This document shows positions 11,609-24,693 of a DNA stretch of 63,834 nucleotides, one piece after another; positions within the stretch are counted from its first letter, which is position 1; every line of letters begins with the position of its first letter. The DNA comes from Klebsormidium nitens (Eukaryota; Plantae; Klebsormidiophyceae): contig DF237421.1 in the NCBI GenBank assembly GCA_000708835.1, forward strand, positions 9,297 through 73,130, written 5' to 3'. The notes under the pieces are model-generated. The model saw nothing but the letters and a program-made list of their open reading frames with translations. It was not told the origin of the DNA and ran no database searches. Position numbers and translations under genes: made by a program.

Positions 11609-13626
11609 ATGGCTTTGGGCGCCTTGCGTTTCCTTGGGAGGGTCGCAGCTGCTGGCAGCCAGCTCGTCACCCAGCGGCTCTCTGGCCTTGTCAGCAGCGG
11701 GGGCATTTGCAACCATCTGCACAGATCGCAGGGCACGTCTTTGCTTCCAAAGTTTAGCTGCTCCTGGCTGAGCGGTAGCAGAACTGCAACTGGGTCGTTC
11801 CCCAGACCTGCATTGGCGACGGAAACTTGCAGCTCACTACTCTCAGAGCAGGTACAGAAGCAATTTGGCCTGGGATGCTTCTTGCACAGTAGCACTGCGA
11901 GCGGGGATGGCAGCATGCGAGGAGCGCGGGAGCCTTTGACACTAGAATCGTGGAAGAGGTTGGGCGTAGAGCGGCAGGTGCTTGAGTTGAAGAGCCTCTC
12001 CATTGAGCAAAGGTGGCGGTTTCTAGAGAAGTTAGAAGCAAGTGGGCAAAGACCCACAATAGTCCACTGGACCACGGCCTTGCATGACGAAACGGGGTCC
12101 TTGAGCGTGGAGGTGCTTGTGGCTCGAGTGGAAGAGCTCTGGAAGAAGGGCTACCAGCCAAATGCTATCACGTACGGCGTGCTTTTCTATGCTTGTAGGC
12201 GGCAGTTCCGATTAGAAGATGCTTTTGTGATCTGTAGGGACATGCTTGGCCACTCAGTCCAGCCCCAGCGACAGACCTTCCTGACACTCGCAGTACTACT
12301 CAAGGAGTCATTTGCGAGCAGCAGGTCTGCCCCACTCATTGCGCCTCACAGCAAAGGGATGTTCTATCTTCAAGTTCTCCATGCAGAGCTGCACGCTTGG
12401 GGAGTACCCATAGATGTCCCAATTGCATGTGCCCTGATGAGAGCGCTAGTGGAGTTGTGTGGGAAGGCAAGGTTGCACTCTGGGGGAATCAAGCTTGCAA
12501 AGGAGATGCAGATGGCAGTTCGCAACCAAGGCCTTGAATCGAGTGACGCACTCTGCGCAGCAATCATCGAGTGCCTCACGACCAGGTTGGCAGACATGAG
12601 CATTGCAATCGATGCTCTGAACGAAATGAGAAGCTTGGGTGAAGAAGTTGGTTCAAAGACATATGCCGCTCTGGTAAAAGCCTACACTAAAAGGCACCAG
12701 TTTGAGGCCATACCACCGTTATTGCGTCGAGCAGAGTCGGAGGGAATTGCGTTTGATGCTAATAGCTTGGGGCATGTGATCAACGCTTTTGTCAAGACGG
12801 GTCGCAACCAGGAGGCTACGCAGTTATTTAAAGAAGCAGAGAAGGGTATAGTCATGAGCGCAATCCTTGTCTCGGAACACCTTCGCAATTTGTCAATCCA
12901 AGAAGATTGCCAAGAAATTCTACGGGTCTCCGCAAAGTATCGTGACTTGTTCGCCGTGGATGCCAGTCCTCGCGAGCGTGATCAGCAGTATCTTGTGCAA
13001 ACACTCGTAAATATTCTGGCGAATAACCCCACAGAAGAGGGCATTCATTTCATTTGCCAAGCTTTGGACGACTGTAGAAGTGGCTTGGCAACGGCATGTA
13101 GCAATTTGCTCCGCAACCCAATCGAGGAGACTTGGAGAGCTTGCTTTGGGGTTCTGAAAGAATACCAAAGCATTACACTCTTGGAGCGCACGAAGTAGTA
13201 CAAGAACTGAGCCAGTCTTTGTGGGCACTCGGAAGGAGATCAGATGCAGTAAAGCTCGTGGCAGGAGCAAGAGAAAATGACATGTTTCGAGATGTGATAA
13301 TGGATTTCAATAACGTGGTGCAACTAGATGTGCATTCTCTTAGGGTCAACACGGCTAAAGCGTTTCTCTACCTCGTTCTAAGAAGGCTTTTAGTGCAAAG
13401 TGGCAGTCAAGCATCTCAAGGTAAGCAACTTAGGTTGATTACTGGACAAGGACGTCATAGTCGTCGAGGAAATGTCGCTAAGGGTCAAACTATGCTTGTT
13501 GAGCTTAAAAAAGTATTGTTAGAATGTAGGTTTACGGCGTCTGATTTTAAGTTCTTGCCAGGTGGAGGGGCGTTTATTATCCTGGAGGCCAGTATTGAGC
13601 GCTGGTCGCACTTGTTGTTAGTTTAG
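11609..13626 (+). CDS. Intronless PPR-SMR protein with organellar (mitochondrial-like) presequence, split by an apparent 1-nt frameshift near 13175-13185
   Basis: ORF 11609-13198 has a Ser/Arg/Leu-rich N-terminus and PPR-like repeats (YQPNAITYGVLFYAC; KTYAALVKAY; GHVINAFVKTG). The overlapping ORF ending at 13626 has an SMR domain (LDVHSL...LRLITGQGRHS...GGGAF). Confidence 0.8.
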
Positions 13627-14759
13627 TGAGAACTGGTCACTTCGTGGGCACACGAGTCTCCTTATTCGGCAGACGGTCTGCAAGTCTACTTCTTTGATTT
13701 CAGTGGCCAGGAATAGTTGCCAACCACATGGGATTTTGGATTCGTTGCTACAGTCATGCAGTGTAAACTCAAATGTTGGGCGGCACGCACCGATGGTCAC
13801 TTCTTTTTATACACGCTTAGGCACCTGGGCCCATGGCGCAGAAACAAGCAATTTCGGAGTTCGGGGGCTTCATCACCGATCAAGTCACTCCCTTATACAC
13901 AGGAAACGAACTTCGTCATGCAATAATCAAACACGTCCGACGTAAGCACTACTCACCTCAGCAGGCTAACTTAAATAATCATATCTAATGCAGTCGCTGA
14001 GCTGGCAGCAACGGTGAGGCCTGGCCGCACCGTCGTCCATGCAGCCACTGGGCCAGTATCTTTTCAAGTTTGATCATCGATGATCCCGGTCTAATCAACA
14101 TGATTGAACTAAAAGCACAATCTGACTCTAGCTTGCATGACAACTGGGCCCGGCCGCCCGCATGTGTGCATGCATATATATGGCCTGGCAAGTTGGATCA
14201 GAGATCTGGCATGTAAAACGTTATGAAAGATATGGCTAGATTGTCTGTAGACGATTTCACATGTTGTCCAGCTACAATCGCCTGTATACATCATGCGCGG
14301 CCGTGCGTAATGTGAAGCTGGACTAACTTCTGGGATTTGATTGCAAATTGCAAATGATTGCCAGGCTCGCACCGCACTGATTGACATACCATGCATCCCA
14401 TGCCAAGCCTGTACGGTATCAATCATATTATCACATCTTCCAAAGGCTGCGCACATATCTAGCCAGACATGCAAACATAGCACGCACGGGGGGTGACCCC
14501 GTTCACATAAGCAACGGGCATGTTTGAGCGCAATGGCTCAGACTTGCAGTGGTTTGAAACAACTTCCCAGCCGCACGTGCAACTTCATTCCATGACTGCA
14601 TGTCAGCCACTCGGGCCGCAACAATTCTTTTGACGTTGGGATGGCCCCAATGAAGCACCAAGAAGTGCATCTTCATGCTGACTATGCTTTAGAAACAAGA
14701 TCAAACAACTTGTTTGTTGAGCCGTGGGATGTTTATTCAGCCAGGTCATTGCACGTGTC

Positions 14760-17700
14760 TCATCCATACCCCCTCCTATCTCCGTTCCACGTGTCAACGG
14801 CCCCCAAGGTCGCCGACTCGTCTGTAACGGGCATGTTCCTCCCTTCTGGAGGCTTTTCATAGCTGCGCGTTCCAACGTACGTCTCAACCCGGTTGATGAC
14901 AGGTGCTGTGTCGGCGTCACCCGTCTTTTGCAGGGCGGGGAGAAGCGCTGTCATGATCACATCCAGGATTTTCCGGAACTGCTTCGGATACGTTTGGTTT
15001 AGTCGGAACCCCGCCACCTGCACGTTCCATAGAAGCACTTTTGGTCCTTGTTGCAACCTGAGCTTCTCATTCCAAACAGGCACTAGTTGCGACACGCATG
15101 CGTCGAGACTGGAGTTATTTTCCCCCCTCTAGTTCAGAAGGCTTTGTGAACTTCGTTATAAAATGCGAAAGGCGTACTGTCTGCTTTCTCATTGGTAGAG
15201 CGCATTTAGGCTTCCTAATAGAGAAGCGGAAAGTTTTGTGTGTGCAAAGAAAGGTTGACGAGATTGATACATGGCCTCCAAGATACTCCCTGAGAACGTC
15301 ACCATTGTGAAGCTTATCCACACCGCAAAGACGCAAATTTCGCCCGACGAAGGGACTAGATAATTATGAACCATTAATACCAACACGACTTGCTGCGCGT
15401 TTATAAACGTCAATGGAAAGTCCGACAAACACGGTACTGCCATCGCTTATTCTCTTCATGAAGGATCCCTCTATCCAGAAGTGATGTCAATACGCAACTT
15501 GATAGGTCGTTTCAAATCGTAAATCAATCCTCAGGTGCTTCACGGCAACAAGTGACAAAGCCAGCCGCGCTTACGTTGGAGGCTGCCGAAAATGCTGACG
15601 CACTCCCTTTGAATAGAGACAACGCTTGCTGAAATACTACACGGCGTATGACGCGAATACACGAAAAAACTTTCGCACTTTTCTGAGCAAACACTGACCT
15701 TGATCATTGACTCAAGTGCACTCCCGGAGCCCCGGTTGGGGGGCAGCCCGTTGAGCAGGCGGGCCAGCCACGCCCACGCCTGGTCCAATCCGTGAACCGG
15801 TTGACCCCGGGGGGGGTCCGTCTGCCAACCCACAAAAACCGCAGCTTGTCAGTTGAATGTTCGGAAAGCACGGGTTTGTAACGCGGTCGGAAGCCACGAT
15901 TTGCAGATCGAGCCACAGAGGGTTGGGTTGCAAAACAGTTCCGAGCTATGCAGCGACACGAAGCGACACAGATGCGCAGAAACAGGAAAGCAAGTGCTGT
16001 GGTGTGCAGAAAGCAGAGCGTACGTGCTGGTCCGAGCACTAGAGTAAAACGCTGTGCTGTTTCCGCAGAAACACCAGACGGACTGGGCACTCTGCCTGCA
16101 TATAAAGCGAAGTCGCCTTTGGACTGCGGCGGCATAGCGTATGACTCACCTGCGTGATTGCAGCATAGAAGACCATGATCCCAGTCATTCGCCCAATATA
16201 GGCGTCGGTGCTTTCCAGCTGTCCGTCCTCTTCTCGGTATCCAACCGTCCGGTAGTAGGCCGCTTCGGACTCGTACTGTGCCTAAAATACGGAACAAAGA
16301 GCAAGTATCTGAGTCACGAGATTCACGAAAGGTTGACGGTCTTGTTTCAATTGAACGGTTGGCGTTGCCGTGAACATCTATGAAACCCATGACAAACTCT
16401 TGTGTGGACGCAATTCCAGCCTTGTTGTTGCGTAGACAGATGCAATAAAGAGAGATTTGACAAGAGGCTGAGGTCAGAAAAGACGAGTCTGATAGCCCAG
16501 AATTGGGAAGCGGTTCAGGGAAACCCAAGACCGCACTGAAAATAGAGCAATCTATCCGGCATCTCCAGCTGCGAAAAGGAAGCGCAAGCAAATGACGAAC
16601 GGCGATTACCAACACCGAAAGCATATCCCTGCGATAAGCTCACCGGAATGTGAGGAATCTATTTCGGTACGACGAAGCAGCACTCCTGCGCAAGCGCGCG
16701 AGCCGCACATCTCACAAATCCCGGAAAAGAGGAGGGGACAACCGCACCAGAAATGAAAGAACCCTTAAGATAGGCTTACCGGAATGTACGGGATGTATTT
16801 CGGTACGACGAAGCAGCACTCCTGTGCGAGGCGCGCGAGCAGCACGTCCCGGAAGGGGGGCACGGCGGCGGCCACGTTGATGGCGACCTGGGCGAGCGGG
16901 AAAGCGAACGACGGCAGCTTCTGGACCTGGCTCTCGCACTGGCTCAGAAACTGCGGACGGAAAAAGGGGGGCGGATATGGACTTGGTAGAAAACTTGTTC
17001 CAGGGCGTTTCGCGCAGATGACCACCGTGGGAGTGTGTTCTAGTGACATCAGATAATCATTTGGAGGCTCGATAGGTGTGCAAAGGTCGGTAAGTCTGGC
17101 AGCTTCTGGACCTGGCTCTTGCACTGGCTCAGAATCTGCGGGGGCAGAAGGGAGACGGCTGGTGAGAAAGTGGATCGGGGGCATTTATCTCACGAGAAGA
17201 TTGGAAGTTCACTCATGGCACATGAAAAGGAGTTCGGGTCAGACTGTTGGTAGAGTCCCGGAAAGGGTTCAGAATTTCTGCCGGTAAGAGAAGAAGAGGG
17301 GCTGGGGAAAAACTTTGAATCCGAGAGAACGGAGCGAATACAGCTCTTGAGGAGATTCGAGGCTTGTAGCGTCAGCAAATGGTAGCATGAATCATGCAGA
17401 GTGCAGAAGGTTGGTGAAATGGTGTGATCGGGGCATGGAGGGCCCAAAAGGACGTTAAAGCGAAGGCCGTTGGGCTCGAAGAACGGCAGCCTTTGGAGGT
17501 CACTCCCTGCCTGGCACTTGAACCAAGCCCAAATAATGATGATGCTGCAAACGGAGTGCCAAGTGCCCTCACTCCAAAAGTGCGCTTTACGAACAGGCCT
17601 TTGAGCTTCGACAAAGGCTCCCAACTTCTTCACCAAAAAACGATCAAACTCTTGGGAAGCACACTCCGTCTGAAGGCGCCTTACAAGACACCCTCTTTTC

Positions 17701-20700
17701 TGCAGCTGCCGCTTTTGTTTTTCAGACAAAGATTCACGTCACCTTCAAGACCCGGGGGCTACCTTCATCCTCGGCAACTCTTCAGAAATGATGGCACATA
17801 TCTGTCAAAAGCAGGTCCGTAAGAAGCGTGCAAGTTGTATATTACCATCTACAGGCCCTGAGCAGCCTCGACAGACAGGTCCGCTAATACTTCGTGAAAG
17901 GTAAAAGCTTAACTTGTCTGCAAGAGCCAAGAAAAGGAAGTTCCGCTGCGGTTGCCTCGTCAAAGATTCTCCAGCTCATGCCCAATGAACTTGAAGCAAA
18001 ACGCTCTGGGGGCTACGCTGAAAAACGAAGCGGAAACAACGTTCCGACAGGTCTGAAAGATCCTTCAAAATGGTGACGACTGACTTTGTCCGCAAGCGCC
18101 AGTAGAAGGAAGTTTTGCTGCGGCCGCTTCACTCATTCTCCTGCTCATGCCCAATTACTCTGGAACACAATACTTTGGTGGGCCGATTAAAAAAAACAAA
18201 AAACATGATTCCGACAGATCTGAAACCTTCTTTCAAATTGACTAACGCACCTTGTCCGCAAGCGCCAGTAGGAGGAAATTTTGCTGCGGCTGCGGCGCCT
18301 GTTGCAATTCTCGCACAAGCTCGGCGCTCTTCAGACCAACTTGCCGCTGAGTGGCGCTGATCTGCTGGACCAGTGTCGTCATGCGCCGCTCCAGGCCCTT
18401 GCGCTCCTGTGAAGTGAACCAACTTTTTTGTTTTGCATCTTCTCATTGGTGGTAGTTTTTTGCTCGTGAGAATGATCAAGTGATCTGCTGGACCAGTCTC
18501 GTCATGAGTCGCTCCAGGCCCTTGCGCTCCTGTGAAGTGAGCCAAGTTTTAGCTGTGAACCTCAAATTCAAAGCCTCCGAGATTTGTGTTCGTGTAAGGT
18601 TCACAATCTCCTAAGATTGTTAAGATCATTTGCTGCTTCCAGCGTCGTCAAGCGCAGCTCCAGGCGCTTCCGTTTTCCTGGTCCATACTTCTGATAATGG
18701 ACAATCAGCTGCATGAAATGTAAGGTCTTACTGCCGGGCAACAGGAACGAGTGGAGACAAGACCAATTCAGATGAAGTTAATAATTCTACCTTGCCGCTA
18801 GAGTAGTCGCGCGACTAGCAATGAGCAACCCTCAGAAGCAAGCGCATTCAGAAGCGGCCCAAAATTCAATACCGCTCTTCACCACTTGTTCTTCTGCCAT
18901 CAGAATAGCAGTGAGAGACTTCAAGGAAAGTCAGAACGCCAAATTCAACCCAGAAAACGGCTACCTTTTTCGCCCCTGGCGCCTCTTCAAACGCCTTTAC
19001 GTTCTCCTTCACTCTCCGCAGCACTTCCATCCTTTCCCTCTCTCCCCTCGCCGCGCTTTCCGTCATCTTAACCTGCCTCGCCCCCCCCGTCGCTTTCGCC
19101 GCTTGCTTTTCCGCTTGCTCCTTCGCTTTTCGCTCCTCTTCCCCTCGTTTCGCCACCGTTTCCCGTTCTGCCCTCTTCCGTTCCGCGTCCGTTTCCGCCC
19201 TCCTCCGTTCCGCCTCCGCCTCTTCCGCTTGCCGCTTCCGCCGGGCTTCTTCGTCCTCCTGCTCCTTTTTCCGGCGCGCTTCTTCCGCCGCTTTTTCAGC
19301 CGCCTCTTGCTGACGTCGTTCCTCGACCCGTCGGGCTTCTTCCTCCGCTCGACGGCGCCGCGCCTCCGCCTCAGCAGCCGCCCTACAAAAAGACGCGTGA
19401 AACTTCCCAGAGAAGGTGGCGAGGAGATAAAAGCCAACAGACCCAGGGTTTTTAACTCGCCTGAGAGATGTCGAGGGCGCGGATCCATGAAGCGCTGGGT
19501 GATCGTGTTGGTTTCACAGCAGTGATTCGCAACGAGGAAAAGAAACGCGCATCAGAACCGCTCACTCTGCAGCCGCCTCACTCTGGGACCGCCTCTGCCC
19601 TGCTGATTGCTTTACGAGATCTCAAGGACGAATTGAACCACATACTGAAAAGGGCAAGCTGTTGCGATCCGACTTATGGAGAGTGACTGAAGAGAGGAAA
19701 CGACAGCAAAGAAGAGAACGGAAAGAGGTCTCTGGGTGAAGAGGACCCCTTACTTTGCCGCAGCCTCTGAGTCCTTGAGCCGCCGTTGGCTGGCGGCCTC
19801 TCGCTGCTCGTGGTCCCGCTGAAGCGCACTCAGGTGCGCATCACGCGCCTCCGCGCTGCATCAAGAGGTGATTGAAATTTTGTTTCGACTTAATTCAATG
19901 CTTAATCGACTGTGATTAACATTGAAACCAGATCTATATCAGCATCGGTTGAATCTTTCACGTCTGGTCCGGCTGCTATAGTCCGGAGTTCAACATACAA
20001 GATTGACATTCGACTGTGATTTTGTGAGCCTGGAAATATTGCGAGAAATGCTGCGACCAGCTTAGAAAGGTCGTAGGACATGCACATCCTCTCCTGGCAA
20101 TCTGCGGTGCAGGGAGTTCGATCGGGTCCGTCCAACAAGACTCAGACTCACTGAGTCTGCATTTCCCGAGCTTTGAAACCTGACGCCCACTTTGAAGGAG
20201 CATTAGACGAGCATTAGAGCACTCGACGCCAGCACGACGTCTCTTGGCATAGCCGCTGTGCACTGCTCACAATTTTTCTCCCCAAGTCCCCGAAAACCGA
20301 CACCACTAATCCGCAACCTTGGCCTTCCAAATCGCACGACGAAGGAGGTCCTCACATGCCCCGCTGATCCTCTGCATCTCGCGCCCGCACGCGCTGCAGC
20401 GCTTTCTCCCTTTCCCGCTCGAGCGCTGCCAGCGCCTCCGCCTCTTGCTGCCCCTGAGCCTCTGCATGGCGCGCCAAGCCACGCCACCGCGCACGAATGT
20501 CCTCCTGCAACAGCAGATTTTTGAGCCATTTCCTTCTACCAGTTGAGACATGACAGAAGACAGGACTGCAGGTACAAGTGGTTGGAGCACTTATAACATC
20601 AACTACGGGCGAGACTCTCGGAAACAGCGAAACGCCGAGCAGAAGGGCAAAAGCGAGAGCTCTTAAAAGCTTCCATGACCTACTGAGCACAAGCAATGGC

Positions 20701-23279
20701 GGCAATATGGCGAAGCAGGGCACTACATCAACCAGGCCAGGCAATCCTAGAAACATACAAAGCCTTCAACTGTTTCTCAACCAATGTGTCTGGCAGCTGC
20801 TTACAGCGCCCGTTGTGAAGGGCAGCCGCCAGGTTCAGAAGATTGGCAGACAGACGTCTTCAATCTCGAAAAAAGAGAGAGGTTAACAGCGCTACCATCG
20901 GCTTCAGCAGGCAAAGACACCCTCTCTGCAAAGCTCAACGCTTCGGCCCTGTCAAACCCTGACCTTGACCCGAGCCAGGCGCTCTTTCCAGCCCAAATAC
21001 CGATTCTAGTCGCCAGCTGAACACTCAGGTAGCAATTGGCAAAACGTTCGAAGAATGAAAGGACAACACATGTCAATATCGCCTCAACAGACACGGCTGA
21101 CGTGTAAGAAACCTGCCGAAAACTCATTTTGAGTCTGGCCAGGCGCTCCTATTCAAGCCCAAACCACGCCAACAGCTTGACACTCCGGCAGCAATTGGCA
21201 CAAACCTCCAAGAACGAAAGGACGACACATGTCAATATTGCCTCAACAGACACAAGTGACGTGCACTGGGGGCTGTCGAAACCTCACCTTGACCCCCGCC
21301 AAGCGCTCCTTTTCCAGCTCGAACAGCGCCGCTTCTACCACGTCCGGTGGCGGCAGCAGGCTCTCCTCCCAGGACCGCCCAGACGCCGCCGCGACCTCCT
21401 CAGCGGGGGGGACGCTCTCTGGTAGTCTGCAGAGGGAGCATGGGGGGTGTTAAAGAAGGGAGGGCGAGCCCTATATGCGGCGGGCTTTACGAAAGGTGAC
21501 GAGGCACCAGTTTTCAACGAAGTTGCCTAAGCGGGGGGACGCTCTCTGGTGGCCTGCGCAGGGGGCATGCAGGGGGGGATAAAGGAGGAGAATAGTGAAC
21601 GCCGCATGCTTCGGACTTCACAAACGGGACAAAGCACCACCCGTCTACTAAACTGCCTTGGCAGCGAAAAGGTTCTCTAGTGTTCTGCGCAGGGGCATGT
21701 GTGGGTAGAAGAAGGGAGGCACGCTGCATGGGGAGGCGGGGAGCGAAAAGGCACTCTTTCAAAAGGTGTGGAGTGATCTTGTTTTACTAGGGGAGTGATT
21801 GAAAGAGCTCTCGTCTTCACTTTGAAGGTTTGGTTGTGATTATTCAATTCAGATTTGAAGTCACATCTCTTTGAAACGGGAAAAGCTTTAGGCGCTTCAA
21901 CGAGCCGTAACAAATCGCCAACGTCCAACACAGTTGTCCTTTAATTCATTCAACGCTGCAAGACAACATTGGTCTTTTATAGACAAAACTCACCGCAGAT
22001 CCTCTGTCCTCCCCCCTTTTGCCCCGATGCTTGCGGGTGCGCCACTTGGCACCCCCTCGTCGTCTTCGTCGTCGAAGTCCGGTACTCGTACGATGAAAGG
22101 CGCTTTGGTCCGGCCGAAGTCGGTCGGTTCGAACAACTCGATGCACGACAATCTGCAAAGGAGGGAAAGAACTTGGCCGGCCAGCTCAACGGAGTGTCCA
22201 GAGAACGAGCCATGCCGGCCTTATGATGCGGCGACGATGTGAAGGTGGTTTCTGAGCGCTAGATTCAGGCGAGAAAGGGGTAGGTGCCTCCACGGAAAAG
22301 AGGCTGATCAGAAAGCTGGGGGAACTCTGGCAGACCAGTTACGAAAAGGAAGCGTTATCGAGGATTCTGGTGATCGAATGTAGAGGGATTAGTGAAAACC
22401 GATAGCTGGTGGTGCCCAGCTGCGCGCCCGCTGACAAAGACGAAAAGCTCAGAAAGCTCAGATGCTTCTGCTCTCTCTAAAGATTGCATACTCTTGCAGA
22501 TTGAAGCTAATCCGCAGAAACAGAACAATTCAAGTTTTGTGGTTCAAGGTTGTTGTGCTCGAGCTCGAACAGAAACCCGGCTAAACGCTTGAGCTTTCCT
22601 AGTGCTCTCACAGATGGTTGATACAGATCCATCAAACATATTTCAAACTTAACCCTGATTGTTGCATTATAGCTCACCTCTTCACGCTTGCCTCTGCGCC
22701 CCTTGCCGTCCCCCCTCGCAGAGGCGACGGAGTCGCCCCATTCTTGTAGACTATCTTATCGAGCTCCGCGCTCAAGTCCCCAAGATTCCAATCCGGGTCA
22801 GGGTCAACTTCTAACCGGCTGCTTAACCCCGCTTGCCCATTGCTCCTCGCAAGGAGTGAGGGCGACCTCAGCGTGAGGTGCAGCTTTTCCTCTGAACCAT
22901 GCCGTAATTTCTCCCCCGATGAGCGCCTGTTCGACGGTGAAATGGCAGGGAGCAAGGCAATGGCAAAAGGGTTGACCGGGGGGGGTGATAGTGGATCAGC
23001 TGACTGTAAAGTTGGCCAGAGACCAAGAATGTTGTCTGCTAGGACTGAACCAGTGGCACTCTGATGCGGAGAGTCCCACACCCAACTGTTAGCGCCCCCA
23101 TCTAGTTCTGCCCCTGAGGGGAGCACAGACTCAGGCGACCGGACTGGAGACGGCTGAGAGTCCAATCCAGTCGCCAAGCTTGAGTCCGACTGTGTGTCCG
23201 ACTTCCGTGGCCTCCGGTTAGGGTGCTTGAAGGGGGAGAGCCGGGTGGCACGAGATGCATCTTCAACCGGGATCGCCAT
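14760..23279 (-). CDS. GLE1: mRNA export factor GLE1, ~802 aa, 11 exons
   Basis: Exons (-): 23279-22678, 22152-21994, 21426-21288, 20504-20356, 19855-19754, 19382-18965, 18406-18251, 16950-16780, 16281-16150, 15821-15699, 15017-14760; total 2409 nt, in frame. Plant GLE1 motifs: EVDPDPDWNL, HLSALQRDHE, coiled coil, CCFVVPKYIP, HGLDQAWAWLARLLN, VAGFRL..Y..QF, PPEGR. The start codon is uncertain because there is an acceptor at ~23312. Confidence 0.92.
16640..17140 (-). repeat. Donor echo (16640-16715) and acceptor echo (17097-17140) flanking GLE1 exon 8
   Basis: tatttcggtacgacgaagcagcactcctg is identical at ~16660 and ~16797. gcagcttctggacctggctct.gcactggctcagaa.ctgcgg occurs at ~16914 and ~17100. 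Confidence 0.9.
18083..18680 (-). repeat. Donor echo (18083-18125) and acceptor echoes (18481-18545, older 18640-18680) flanking GLE1 exon 7
   Basis: 18481-18545 matches 18358-18422 with 4 mismatches in 65 nt and includes the AG. Confidence 0.9.
20950..21725 (-). repeat. Two donor-side and two acceptor-side echoes around GLE1 exon 3
   Basis: ccaggcgct...gcaattggca..aaggac.acacatgtcaatat.gcctcaacagacac is repeated at ~20970 and ~21140. gcggggggacgctctctggt is at 21403 and 21531, with a third decayed copy at ~21675. Confidence 0.85.
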
Positions 23280-24693
23280 CAGGGGTGGCAAACTGGGGTC
23301 ACCGCAATCTGCTGTGAGGAACAGAAAGGTGGGGGTTAGAGAGAACCAATCGAGCAAATGGGGATTGCAGACTGGATCTTCACAATGAAAGTATGGATTA
23401 GAAGGCCTCCTAAAGTGCAAGATGTATGTGGGTCTTGGGAAAGAAATCAAACACAGATGGCCAAATTGGGGTTCGGGCTTCCATCACCCAACCAAGAGAT
23501 ACGGGACTGTGCCTGGCAAGTGGTGTTCATCGACTTTTGCCTGATCAATGCCAATCACTAATCAATGTTGACTTTCCCACAACAGCAGGAAAGTACATAC
23601 TCCTTCACTCTTTTGGGAGGATTGTTTGAGTAGGGCCGTTTCGTTGAAGCTGCCCCTGCGAATGGGACCAATTCTCACCAGTCGACAACCGCGTAAGTAG
23701 CTCATACTGATGCATATCATTTATGGTGGCGGCATCAACAGGGCTGCAGACATGCAAAAATGGAATGAGCTTCCCAATGCAAAATGAGACCCTTGATAGA
23801 CAAACGTCCCTTACCTGGCCATCATTTGGTGCATTGCTCTGCTTATGGCCCCCTGGTTGGTGGAAGACTTCCAAACGGGCCAATAACTTTGCAGCAAGAC
23901 CTACAAAGTTGCTGATGGATCCGTCCTGCGGCCTTGAACTTTGACGCACTACTTTACCAGCTCGTTTGTAAGAATCCCTTCTCGAAGAGCAAGGCGGCTA
24001 CCTGGACTGGCGTACTGGGGAACGATTTCTTCAAAAGCTTCCCTTCAACTTCAACTTTGCTTCTGGCACTGCCTTCCTTTCCTGGACAGCGTGGCAATCT
24101 TGACGATGTCTGGCTAACGTAACCCGGTTTGCTCTAAAACTCCTCGTCGAGCGATCTGACCGCGGGATGTACCCATCATCGGTTCGACGCGTGCTAACAG
24201 AGATGCAAAGTAACGATGGGATGTAAAGTGGGTCAAGTTTTAATCTCTTTCTGAGCTCCGACTCCGAGGAACAGAGCATCTTTCGGTGATACAGAATTTC
24301 AATGGCAGAACGCACAAGGGGATCACATTGACCGCCATTGGCATAGGTAGCGTATGGTTGTCTCTTTCACTAGGAAGTTCTTGAGGAGATTATCCAGAGC
24401 GACCGCTCGATTGAGTGCTGACCGGTCTTCAACTTCAAACTGACGATTGGTGGACGCACGTTTGGGACCGGCCGCTTGCTGATCCAATTGAGTGGTCAAG
24501 CTGATTTAAGGAGTAGAGGGCAGAGACTGCCATGCAGGGGATCTGTTGAGCATTGACAATGCCTTATGGATACAAAGTCCCATTCCAGATGATATAGCAG
24601 CATTGTGTTCATATCCCGCTCGCCTAGGTGGACGCGCTTTAGGTCCACTTTGTAGGTGGTGCGGCGCCGTTTGCTCTCACGTTGCGGAGTGCG

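Noticed and set aside
13140-13200. Programmed -1 ribosomal frameshift in the PPR-SMR gene
   Set aside because: The only heptamer-like run (TTTGGGG) is in the wrong register and non-canonical. An indel or sequencing error is simpler.
15704-16624. 306-aa minus-strand ORF
   Set aside because: It runs through GLE1 introns and exons 9-10 in non-coding frames and has no recognisable domain.
18821-19525. 234-aa plus-strand ORF and 141-aa Arg/Lys-rich minus-strand ORF
   Set aside because: Antisense and alternate-frame shadows of the purine-rich GLE1 coiled-coil exon (19382-18965).
21969-22226. Plus-strand ORF that first looked like a transposon fragment
   Set aside because: It is the antisense of GLE1 exon 2 (22152-21994).
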